DNA of 64,000 nt. Source: a virus. Its lineage: Duplodnaviria > Caudoviricetes. Location of the stretch: positions 32,001 through 96,000 of the IMG/VR virus record IMGVR_UViG_3300026549_000895, one strand, 5' to 3'. The notes under the pieces were generated by a model, which did not search any database, had not been told where the DNA came from, and saw only the letters and a program-made list of their open reading frames with translations. A program made the translations under genes and the position numbers. Positions 39,093 through 48,577 of the stretch are shown piece after piece (positions within the stretch are counted from its first letter, which is position 1; each line of letters opens with the position of its first letter).

Positions 39093-40454
39093 ATGGCTAA
39101 AAAGAAAATCGAAGTTGTCACCCGAGAACTTGAAGGTGCCGACTTAATGACCATACTCGCAGATGGTTGTTCATCTGACCTATTCGACAAGAACAAACTT
39201 GTCGACTTCTCATATTCAACAGGTATCCCGGTTATAGATTATCTGTTGGGATACGAGACACTTGTAAAGGATCCTGAGACAAAAGAAATTATCAAGAAAA
39301 GACAAGTCCTTGGTTTACAAGCTGGATCTTTCAATATCTTAACTGGTAAATCACAATCTTTCAAAACAACAATTGGTATGAACATAGTCTCAAACATTGC
39401 GGTTGATCCTGATGTAAACGGAAACGTTGTTCATTATGATGCCGAGGGTAGACTTGTTCTTCAGCGTGTAAAGACCATTACTCAATTACCTGATGAATGG
39501 TTCAATGCTGAACATCCTCGTTATGCATTGAAGTCAGGAACAATTGGTTTTGATAGACTGAAGAAAGATATCGCTGAGATATATGAGTCTAAGATGAAGC
39601 ACAAAGATTTGTTGTTAAGAGATACTGGTGAAGTTGATGATAAGAACAGACCTATTATATTGATGCCTCCGACACTTGTACTCATAGATTCTCTTCAGCA
39701 TATTGTTATCAGTGAAGATGCTTATGATGTAAATGATAAGCAGTTCCAGGGCTCTAAGGAATTGCGTAACAACATGGTTGGCGCAATTACTGCAAAGACT
39801 ATAAGAGGATTTATATCTGATATTATTCCTATGCAAAAAGAAGCAAATATCATTGTTCTGTGTGTTGCTCATAAGACAGGTAATGTTTCTACAAATGCTT
39901 TCTTAGCACCTTCAAAACAGTTCCAGTATGGATCTGTTTCAGAGAGAATCTCTGGTGGTTCTGCTGTTGAGTATGATCCTTCAGCACTGATGTCATTCAC
40001 AGGTTATTCATCAAATGATTCTCGTTTCACTAAAGAACAGGATGGTTTTGACGGAAACCTTGTATTGTTTGAACCTATTAAGTGCTCGACAAATCAGTCT
40101 GGTAATGCCAAGACGGGTATAAGTGTTGATATCGTAATTGACAAAGGTCGTGATGGCGTTGATAACTACAGAACTCTTTCCCTCTTCCTTAAGTCAAAGG
40201 GTAGATTGAAAGGTAATAATGCAGGTTGGAAAGTTATCAAAGCCGATGGTACTGAAACAGAAACTCGTTATAGATGGAAACACATCTATGATGATATGGA
40301 AAAGGATCCTAAGTTGTTTACAGAATTCATGCAGGCATCTATTGAAGAGCTTGAGAAACTCTTGTCACCTGCTGTAAATAACACAGGTAAGAAGCCAATG
40401 AAAATCAATAACATTCTGAAGGAACTGAAAGCTTCGTCGGAAGTAAATGAATAA
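39093..40454 (+). CDS. RecA/UvsX-like recombinase
   Basis: STGIPVIDYLLG, Walker A TGKSQSFKTT, YDAE, Walker B VLIDSL, SGGSA. Confidence 0.8.
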   Translation: MAKKKIEVVTRELEGADLMTILADGCSSDLFDKNKLVDFSYSTGIPVIDYLLGYETLVKDPETKEIIKKRQVLGLQAGSFNILTGKSQSFKTTIGMNIVSNIAVDPDVNGNVVHYDAEGRLVLQRVKTITQLPDEWFNAEHPRYALKSGTIGFDRLKKDIAEIYESKMKHKDLLLRDTGEVDDKNRPIILMPPTLVLIDSLQHIVISEDAYDVNDKQFQGSKELRNNMVGAITAKTIRGFISDIIPMQKEANIIVLCVAHKTGNVSTNAFLAPSKQFQYGSVSERISGGSAVEYDPSALMSFTGYSSNDSRFTKEQDGFDGNLVLFEPIKCSTNQSGNAKTGISVDIVIDKGRDGVDNYRTLSLFLKSKGRLKGNNAGWKVIKADGTETETRYRWKHIYDDMEKDPKLFTEFMQASIEELEKLLSPAVNNTGKKPMKINNILKELKASSEVNE

Positions 40455-40460
40455 GAAAAG

Positions 40461-40481
40461 TCCCCCGGCTTAGCCGGGGGA
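40461..40481. terminator. bidirectional terminator
   Basis: TCCCCCGGC-TTA-GCCGGGGGA between convergent genes. Confidence 0.75.
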
Positions 40482-40489
40482 TTTCTTTT

Positions 40490-43400
40490 TTATGGTCGGG
40501 GATTATAATCGTATCCGTTCGGAAGTCCACGAGTTAAGAAAGCAAATGGTGTCTTTCCATCATCAAGAGTTCCTGTACAGGTAATACTATCAATGAGAGT
40601 TGTTCCGGTTATATCGTACCATGAAGCAGTTAAACCATCACACACAATTTTGATGTCAGTATCATATGTTCCTGTGTTGGTTTCAATTGTTAATGTACCT
40701 CTTCGATATCCAAATCCTCCGTTACGAGCTGACCAGAATTCGAAATGATACTCATCCTCATTATCACATTCTTGTGAACCGAATAAACACATTGATATTG
40801 CTGCACCAGTGGGAGGTGTTGGAATTCTACCATACCATTCAACTTTTGTATTCTGAGTATGGATGATTGGTGTTGTCATATTTGCCGTTGTAAACCAGTT
40901 GGCATCTCCACTTGTATGAGCAAGCGAATATACCTGTGTATATCCGGATGGCAAATTATAGTCTGTTGTTATTGTGGTGGAAGTATCAGCTGTTATACTC
41001 AAAGGATCTAAAGGCTCTAAGAATTCATCAGCTATTGTATCATATAATCCGGGAACTGAATCAGTGTCTCTAACACATGGAACAAATCTATGTGCTAATG
41101 TAGTAGATTCAAACATATCAATTCTATATATGGTACAATAACAGCAACTTTGAGGATCAACCGGATCCATTGTTAATCTATCCATTGTCGTGCTATACAA
41201 TATTTGGAAGAATTCTGTATATGGTAACGAGAAGGGATTGTTATAACCAGACAATGAATTTGTAGATATTGTCATCTTATGACAGATGAATTTTTCTATC
41301 GGAAGAATATTAATGGTAGATATATCTGAACCCATAAAGTTTCCTCTGAATAGAACATCACCTTTGTAGATACATGATTGATCAATTTTGGTCTGACGTT
41401 CCCAAATATCCGTATTACGTGTGTATATTGGTGGGAATGAACCTGTATCGAGAATCAAACCAATATCGAGTATATTATACCAGTGCGGGGACCACTCGGA
41501 ATAATTATCTCCTTTGTTTGTTGATGAAAATCCAAAGACCAATTGTTTATTATTATTGATATATGTCAAATGGCACTCTCTTGGATAAATATGTTTGATA
41601 TTCTCGTGTGCCAGTTTCATAAACTCATAAGGGCTATCTGGTCGAACAATAACCATTTCACCATAGTTAGCATTATCAGGGCACATGATAGCACATTCAT
41701 TATTATAACCGCACATACAATTCCAACCAAAAGCGTTTGTCCAGATTGTTTTATCAACCTTCCATTCTTGAGTTGAAGTGTTGTAGAAGTAAGTAAACCA
41801 ATCACCGGTAGCATATTTCGCTGTTATGTAAATGATTCCATTATATCCGACATAGCCTTTGATTTCTGTAACAGAACTATCAAAAGATTGAATATCTATT
41901 GTATCTGTAACTGTACTGGTTTCCATGTTATAATAGTAGAATGTCATTCCATCTTTGGTATATATCAGATGATGATTACCATAATCAAAGTTATATGACA
42001 ATATTCCAGAATCAACCAAAGTCTGTGTTGGAGTATCTTGATTTGGTCCTCCATGGATTTTGACAGCTACAATTTCTTTTGCATTTGGTTCATAACCTAT
42101 CCAGAAATCGCCATCCCATGCATGACTAATATCACCGGCATATTCTCGGGTTTTGTTTGTGAAATCCAACTGTATATCAGCATATGGCAAATCTACATTT
42201 GGATTCATGTTAATCAAAGGATCAGATATGTCAAGTATTCTGATATGTGTAGCTGATGTGCTCGTATTAGCATGCCTCCAGTCATGCTCGTCATAATACC
42301 AACCGGAACAAATTACGACTTTATCATCGAAACAATGTCTATATGCTGTTGAAACTTCCTTAGCAGTTGCATCACCAACAACTGATTGTGGCCATGTGAA
42401 ACGCAAATCTCTCTGAACACATGCTGTTACTTGATCATATCCACCAGGTAAACCTTCTGGATGGAAGAACATATAATACGGAGTGCAATACATTTCGTAC
42501 TGATCAGAAACCATCAATGGACTTACAGCATCGCTGCTGTCATAAGTGTGTTCAGTGTCCCATGTGTATTGCTTTCCATCACATATGAATTTTGGAAATT
42601 GTTGATTACGAGTAGGCCTTAATCCTCCTTCAACAACGCTTTCCGAAATATAGTATCTCTTAGTACCTTGGGATTGCGTTAATTCGCTGAAGTTTGTGAT
42701 CAATATCCAAGTTGTGTTATTCCACCATTCGTCTGTCGCATATAATACAATACTACGTACTTCGAATTTTGTTATTGGAATATTAACATTGTTATTTGTA
42801 AATATATAAACGGTTTTGGAGATACCATCTGGATTCTGCATCCATACAGAAGAAGAGTATGTGAGACATAGCTCGTTGAATTCAGAATTTTCGCACGAAG
42901 TAAAAGTATCAGCAATATTCCACAAATGATCTTTATGGTTATACATATAAGAAGATTCTATTTTGAAATTACCAACTGGAAAAATTCCATATCCATAGCT
43001 ATCATTGAAACCGCTTCTTATAACTGATTGGAAAACATTGTTCAAAGAAAGATTTGGAGTGTTATCATCTGAAAAGATGTGATCACATACCAATTCTTCT
43101 CTGTCACCATATACCGGCATAATGAATAATTGATTCATATTATAGTAACCTGAATATTTATTAGAAGCTAAACGAATATTTGAAATGTATTCATAATTGC
43201 GTTCACAAAGAATAGCAGGCGCTGCTATGAATTTATCGCATCTTCGCATTTGAGCATTCTTCGAGACTGCTGAAGTGTATCTGTTGATGGCTACTTTGTT
43301 ATCGTCAGATTGATGTGTATATGAATCATACGGTATATATGTATTCGACCACCACTGACAGTACAACGTTTGGTCCCCATATAACCAGTTTGGTTGTAAT

Positions 43401-44002
43401 ATACCATATATACCAGCGCCAATCAATCTTCTTTGAACTTCTGGACTCATTACATACATCCATCTGATTTCAATAATCATTTTGTCATATAATTCTTTTC
43501 TTATTGAAGAAGGCTGTCCTGAAGAATCAAGTACCAATCCATGTGTTAATAATAAATCCTCATAATCCCGATAACTCAAACCAAATTCAGTTATATCAAA
43601 AGAAGTATTTAAGAAAGTATAGTCAAGCGTATATCTACCTATTTTTCTTCGTTGACATATTAAGTCTCTATCAGAATCATAGAACAATGGAAAGTTTGAT
43701 TTTGATGTATCCGGATCTACAGCGTGTCCTAAATAATGAAATAAAGTTGTGTCTTCGAATGACGGCGTACCACTACCATCTCCCAAATACAGCTTCATAT
43801 TATAACCACCATCTATTGGTGAATAATCAAATCCGGCTCTTGTCATCAAATTGACTCCGAATTTTTCATCTTTGACATTTCCATTTTTATCGATTACTGT
43901 AAACACATACAAATTTCTCAAAGGAAACTTTTTGTTCTTGCTATAATTCTTTGCAAATTCTTCCACCTTATCCGATGGGAGATTGCAATTTTCTATATTC
44001 AT
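40490..44002 (-). CDS. tail fibre / receptor-binding-like protein with C-terminal lectin-like module
   Basis: 1170 aa; N-terminus paralogous to 44601..47321 (NLYV...DK.GN....FG.NLMT..GF, Y.GDG); C-terminal FVPCVR...GLYD and LPSGYTQ module. Confidence 0.55.
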   Translation of the reverse strand: MNIENCNLPSDKVEEFAKNYSKNKKFPLRNLYVFTVIDKNGNVKDEKFGVNLMTRAGFDYSPIDGGYNMKLYLGDGSGTPSFEDTTLFHYLGHAVDPDTSKSNFPLFYDSDRDLICQRRKIGRYTLDYTFLNTSFDITEFGLSYRDYEDLLLTHGLVLDSSGQPSSIRKELYDKMIIEIRWMYVMSPEVQRRLIGAGIYGILQPNWLYGDQTLYCQWWSNTYIPYDSYTHQSDDNKVAINRYTSAVSKNAQMRRCDKFIAAPAILCERNYEYISNIRLASNKYSGYYNMNQLFIMPVYGDREELVCDHIFSDDNTPNLSLNNVFQSVIRSGFNDSYGYGIFPVGNFKIESSYMYNHKDHLWNIADTFTSCENSEFNELCLTYSSSVWMQNPDGISKTVYIFTNNNVNIPITKFEVRSIVLYATDEWWNNTTWILITNFSELTQSQGTKRYYISESVVEGGLRPTRNQQFPKFICDGKQYTWDTEHTYDSSDAVSPLMVSDQYEMYCTPYYMFFHPEGLPGGYDQVTACVQRDLRFTWPQSVVGDATAKEVSTAYRHCFDDKVVICSGWYYDEHDWRHANTSTSATHIRILDISDPLINMNPNVDLPYADIQLDFTNKTREYAGDISHAWDGDFWIGYEPNAKEIVAVKIHGGPNQDTPTQTLVDSGILSYNFDYGNHHLIYTKDGMTFYYYNMETSTVTDTIDIQSFDSSVTEIKGYVGYNGIIYITAKYATGDWFTYFYNTSTQEWKVDKTIWTNAFGWNCMCGYNNECAIMCPDNANYGEMVIVRPDSPYEFMKLAHENIKHIYPRECHLTYINNNKQLVFGFSSTNKGDNYSEWSPHWYNILDIGLILDTGSFPPIYTRNTDIWERQTKIDQSCIYKGDVLFRGNFMGSDISTINILPIEKFICHKMTISTNSLSGYNNPFSLPYTEFFQILYSTTMDRLTMDPVDPQSCCYCTIYRIDMFESTTLAHRFVPCVRDTDSVPGLYDTIADEFLEPLDPLSITADTSTTITTDYNLPSGYTQVYSLAHTSGDANWFTTANMTTPIIHTQNTKVEWYGRIPTPPTGAAISMCLFGSQECDNEDEYHFEFWSARNGGFGYRRGTLTIETNTGTYDTDIKIVCDGLTASWYDITGTTLIDSITCTGTLDDGKTPFAFLTRGLPNGYDYNPRP

Positions 44003-44016
44003 AAACTTTTCCTCCT

Positions 44017-44583
44017 TTATTCATTTTGATTTACATCGGTTATAGTTGCCTGACTCGATGCTATGTTTGATACAAATATTCCATGTGAATCACACACGTT
44101 TCCATATTTTGATTCTGAATATATTTTTGGTGTTACATAGTTACCATTGAAACAAACAACTCCGATTGTTGAGTGTCCTTCATCTTCAATAGTTTGTTGC
44201 GTGGTTGAATATTTATTAGCAGTGACTTTTCTATTATTGAGACATATAATACCGATTGTTGAGTGTCCTTCATCATGAATCATATCAGATGATGTAGTGT
44301 ATTTTTGCGGATTGAGATGTCCTGAGTTAAGTTTCACAACTCCGATTGTTGAATGTCCTTCATCTTGAATTACTTCTGATGAAGTTGTATAATCATGAAC
44401 TTCGACATGAGAAGTATCAATATTTGTTATAGTGACATGATGATCAATATCAAAAATAGAACGATGAATACCAGCTACCCATAGTCCCCGAATGGGGACT
44501 ATGGGAGTATCCTTTACGGTTGGATACTGAGTCGAACGAGTTAGCTTCACATAAATTTCGGGTGATTTAAAAAAGTATTTCAT
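44017..44583 (-). CDS. tail-associated protein with three 30-aa repeats
   Basis: YTT....I.DEGHSTIG(V/I) three times. Confidence 0.65.
   Translation of the reverse strand: MKYFFKSPEIYVKLTRSTQYPTVKDTPIVPIRGLWVAGIHRSIFDIDHHVTITNIDTSHVEVHDYTTSSEVIQDEGHSTIGVVKLNSGHLNPQKYTTSSDMIHDEGHSTIGIICLNNRKVTANKYSTTQQTIEDEGHSTIGVVCFNGNYVTPKIYSESKYGNVCDSHGIFVSNIASSQATITDVNQNE
44160..44365. repeat. intragenic tandem repeat, 90-bp period, 3 copies
   Basis: CCGATTGTTGA(G/A)TGTCCTTCATC at about 44162, 44252, 44342. Confidence 0.85.
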
Positions 44584-44600
44584 TTATATCACTCCTTAAA

Positions 44601-47321
44601 TTATAATGATGCCATATTTCCAGGAGGTAATCCATGGAACTTAGGTGTGTTAGTAAACGTCGTTCTCCAATATTTATTACTGATATTCTTGTAATTATTC
44701 TGAGTAGTTATCGTTCGTGTTTTACAAATAACCTTGTGAGGCATTGCATATTGTAAAGCAGTCTTGATATGATTGTCAACCATCAAGAACTGACCATATG
44801 GAATGATAGTACCATATCTGTTATTACGAACATAATCATCGCCATTGTCATTGTAAACATTATCGATACCAATTGAGTTATTGCCAGTCGAATACCACAA
44901 GCCTAAATCGAGGACAATATTCATTGAACCTTGTTGAGAATAATATGTTCTTGAAGACATAATCATTGCACAAGTATGATCGGAAGTATTTGTCACAACA
45001 TTCCTCAAGGTAATATTTAAATTATACCAATTCGGATCACCATTAGCACATCTCAAATCCGTTAATGATTTAACTTGCTTTGGAGCATCACTGCGAACAA
45101 CAAATGCTTGATTATGTGAATAAATAGTTTCTGTATAATTATAACCAACAAAGAAGTTATTGGTAAATGAACAGAAGAAGTTTTCGAAGGATGAGCTTGC
45201 TCCCCATGGAATATAAGTATCACACTTTTCATATGAACCATTTTCGATGTTGATATAATAAGTATTGTTAGCAGAACTATCCGAAATCCAAACATACTTG
45301 TTCAGACCAATCAGGATAGAAGGATCACCTGTCAATGAAGGCATTGTCAAAGTTGTATAGATTTGATGTGTATCATAATCATACACAATGATTGTATTTG
45401 CTGCATTAGAAGGTATATAAGCAACCTTCCGAGTATTCGCAATACAACACGCCATGATGCAACCAGAAATCAGTTCATTTGTCGTGAATGTAGTTCCATC
45501 GAAAGAATCCAAATCAACAACAACCGCTTGTGAGTTCGTCTTGTCGAATAAGCAAATCAGTCCTGTATTTGAATCAGTTCTATAACAACTTGAAACGATG
45601 TTTGAAACAGTCGTTCCAAAGGCGGGAGTTAAAGAATAAGATGTCAATGAAACAGGATGCTGAGATACTACATTTGTCATGTCATATATCGTCATTGTTG
45701 AATCGGTATTGAAGTTAACCAACCATTTATCCCATGTCATAGAATAACTTGAACTTGTTGTATATGTCATGAGCGTATCTGGTACATATACTATCTCATT
45801 ACCTTTATACCATCCGAATTCATAGTTATCGACATTCAAAAGAAGAGAACCTGTAATCTTTTCAAATGGTAAATCCGTTGAACCAGCACCTGCTTTCGGA
45901 GTTATACTAAACCCAGGAAGTTCTCTTTCAACAACAAGATCAGTGACATTATCACCAGTGAGAATATATTTGTAATTCTTATATGCAGCTGGAATGTGTA
46001 ACGGGTCTTGGACGTTAACCCAAGTAGAAGTATCCCAATACTTTTCCGCCATATATATGATAATATTTCCTGAGGTGATAGCAGTTATTCCATCTAACTG
46101 ATTTATGTTTTGATGAACATAAAGTCTTTGAACAGTATTATTTGACATATAATAGATTGGCTTTCCGAATGTTGTCATCAATGGCGTTTCATCATACCAC
46201 TTGCGAGAATCATTAACAAATGCTTCAGAATTTACCCACGTATTTGTTGTATAATCAAACAATGAAACCGATGTGATATCTTCAAGTTGAGTGAATCTGT
46301 ATAGATCGCGAATTCCAAATCCTATATGTATTCCGTTCGAATACGGAGTGGAAGGATACATAACCATGTCGATGTTTTCTAAATGATCCATCTCTTCACG
46401 TTCGACAATACACATACCAGGAGAATCACTGATGAAACCATCAATGTATCCATTGGCAGATTTTATTCTACCATCACCACTTGTAGTTTCGAGAGTAAAA
46501 CTATTCGCGGTTTGCGTATTGGTCATGTAGGTTTCCTCAATGGATGTCGCCGTATCAATAAAAGCTATTGGCTGATTCTTGGTTGAATCTCTTTGAAAAG
46601 TATAGATTGTTGTGGGAACCATTCTCTGAAACATTCTTTCTGGAGTTGTGATGACTGTATAACTACCATACTTGCCATCGACATGACCTGAATCGTTCCA
46701 TTGATTCATTATCATACTTTCATAATATGACAAACATAGGAAGATTGTAAATTCCAAACGTTCACCATTATTCTTCGTAACATGAGTTGGTGCACCAGCC
46801 GAAGTATACACTCTGGAGTGAGTCCACAAATTTGAAGAATCTTCTCCAATTCCGAATTCATATATCAACTTTGATTGTTCGGATATTCCGTATGCTGAAT
46901 TGGAATAATCCATATAACAAACCATGTACTGACAAAAGACAGTTATCAAACCACCTCGTTCAGTACTTGATGAAGTAGCGTCATAATAGAATGGACACTG
47001 ATAATCTTTCGTGGTCGAAGAATTTGTCAATGCTGTTGTAGATATTAAATTCTGAAGAACCTTGGAATCTTGAGAAAAATATCCACCCGAAGGAATGCCA
47101 TCACCAACATAAACATTCGTTGGCCATCCGACTTTATCAACGAAGTGACGTCTGAAACCATAGTCGGTCATTAAATTCTCACCAAATTTGGTTTCCAATG
47201 TATTACCGTCTTTATCTATTCTGCGTATTACATAAAGATTTGATATTCCTTGTTGCATTGGTTCTTTAGCATGTTTATTTTTCATAAACTCAATTGCTTC
47301 ATTATAAGCCTGAATATCCAA
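44601..47321 (-). CDS. tail fibre / baseplate-associated protein, paralog of 40490..44002
   Basis: 906 aa; GAAAGGAG SD; shared N-terminal and Y....YW..STW blocks; beta-propeller-like middle. Confidence 0.55.
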   Translation of the reverse strand: MDIQAYNEAIEFMKNKHAKEPMQQGISNLYVIRRIDKDGNTLETKFGENLMTDYGFRRHFVDKVGWPTNVYVGDGIPSGGYFSQDSKVLQNLISTTALTNSSTTKDYQCPFYYDATSSSTERGGLITVFCQYMVCYMDYSNSAYGISEQSKLIYEFGIGEDSSNLWTHSRVYTSAGAPTHVTKNNGERLEFTIFLCLSYYESMIMNQWNDSGHVDGKYGSYTVITTPERMFQRMVPTTIYTFQRDSTKNQPIAFIDTATSIEETYMTNTQTANSFTLETTSGDGRIKSANGYIDGFISDSPGMCIVEREEMDHLENIDMVMYPSTPYSNGIHIGFGIRDLYRFTQLEDITSVSLFDYTTNTWVNSEAFVNDSRKWYDETPLMTTFGKPIYYMSNNTVQRLYVHQNINQLDGITAITSGNIIIYMAEKYWDTSTWVNVQDPLHIPAAYKNYKYILTGDNVTDLVVERELPGFSITPKAGAGSTDLPFEKITGSLLLNVDNYEFGWYKGNEIVYVPDTLMTYTTSSSYSMTWDKWLVNFNTDSTMTIYDMTNVVSQHPVSLTSYSLTPAFGTTVSNIVSSCYRTDSNTGLICLFDKTNSQAVVVDLDSFDGTTFTTNELISGCIMACCIANTRKVAYIPSNAANTIIVYDYDTHQIYTTLTMPSLTGDPSILIGLNKYVWISDSSANNTYYINIENGSYEKCDTYIPWGASSSFENFFCSFTNNFFVGYNYTETIYSHNQAFVVRSDAPKQVKSLTDLRCANGDPNWYNLNITLRNVVTNTSDHTCAMIMSSRTYYSQQGSMNIVLDLGLWYSTGNNSIGIDNVYNDNGDDYVRNNRYGTIIPYGQFLMVDNHIKTALQYAMPHKVICKTRTITTQNNYKNISNKYWRTTFTNTPKFHGLPPGNMASL

Positions 47322-47338
47322 TTACCATTCATCTCCTT

Positions 47339-48562
47339 TCACATTTTTACTTCTTTCAGGATATTGTAATCATTCTTTGACACAGATATTGCATAGAGAT
47401 TTCGTGATTGATCAATTGTTTCAATTTCTAAATCACGTGAAATATCAGGATATGTAATATCTCCGTCGTTTATCGTAACATACGTATCCGTGAATATAAT
47501 GAATCTATCATCATATTCATAATCGGATGCTGTTGTTAAGTTATATACTAATTGAATATGACTCGCAATAGGTCCAGCGTTATACTTCAAATCAGTTTCA
47601 TATCTGATATAGCACATTGTTTCTCTGGCAATCATCCAAACTCCATCAAACATATCAGCTCGTGTTAAACGAGCTGATTCCAAACTTGGTAAAGTCCATT
47701 GCATCAAAAAAGAATAAATCAAACTTGAATCAATATCATATAGAAACGCCTTATTCGAATTATTATTTATTGCATAACAATTGTTATTATGAACTCTTAA
47801 CTCGAGAGGAGTTGACCATCCAACCGATATTTGAGAACTCCATGTATCAGTTTCTTCTTCGTAATAGTATAATGCATTTGTCATTGCAAAATAATATTTG
47901 CCATTATCATATGCGACTGATGTTGGTGTTGAATTATTGGGCAATTTATAAGTAGATGCAGTTTGATTTTCTATATCATATTTGGTATGAGTTGAAAAAA
48001 TATACTTCTTTCCCACACAGTAATCGGTTCCAGATGTACTACCATTTGTCATTGGCAATACTGTTATCGAGTAATCAATAATATTAAACTTTAACAAATT
48101 CGGTCCATCATCTAACATAATGAAATTGTTAGAATCAATCCATTCCAATTTACCATAACAGATATTATTTCTGTCTGTCGTATATGCCCACTGTGACTCA
48201 GAGCTTTTTTCCAAATCAATGATATATAAAAATTTTGCTCCATTATCAAATGACAAATATATTTTGTTCTTATCATCAATAAGAAAATCTGTAACAGATG
48301 CAAAATTATAATAATCTCGATCCCATATCATCTCCGAAGTATTAGTATATAAATTATATTTGAATAATGAATAACCTATTCTATTGGAAGTATTTCTATA
48401 ATAAATAAGAATGTAAATCATTCTGTTATGTTCTTTGATCATTACAGAATATAATTCACTATAACTTGGAATGGAATAGTTCAAGTATTTTTGTGGAGCA
48501 CTCTTGCCAATTGTCGTTGGTAACAGTGATTGATAATTAACATCTACTGGTATATTAGCCAT
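47339..48562 (-). CDS. beta-propeller-like tail-associated protein
   Basis: GGAGGTGA SD; Tyr/Asn-rich repeated short strands. Confidence 0.5.
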   Translation of the reverse strand: MANIPVDVNYQSLLPTTIGKSAPQKYLNYSIPSYSELYSVMIKEHNRMIYILIYYRNTSNRIGYSLFKYNLYTNTSEMIWDRDYYNFASVTDFLIDDKNKIYLSFDNGAKFLYIIDLEKSSESQWAYTTDRNNICYGKLEWIDSNNFIMLDDGPNLLKFNIIDYSITVLPMTNGSTSGTDYCVGKKYIFSTHTKYDIENQTASTYKLPNNSTPTSVAYDNGKYYFAMTNALYYYEEETDTWSSQISVGWSTPLELRVHNNNCYAINNNSNKAFLYDIDSSLIYSFLMQWTLPSLESARLTRADMFDGVWMIARETMCYIRYETDLKYNAGPIASHIQLVYNLTTASDYEYDDRFIIFTDTYVTINDGDITYPDISRDLEIETIDQSRNLYAISVSKNDYNILKEVKM

Positions 48563-48577
48563 TATATCACCTCCGAT

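Noticed and set aside
44160-44365. CRISPR array
   Set aside because: Only three copies, in-frame 90-bp period inside a CDS, spacers similar at protein level, no cas genes.
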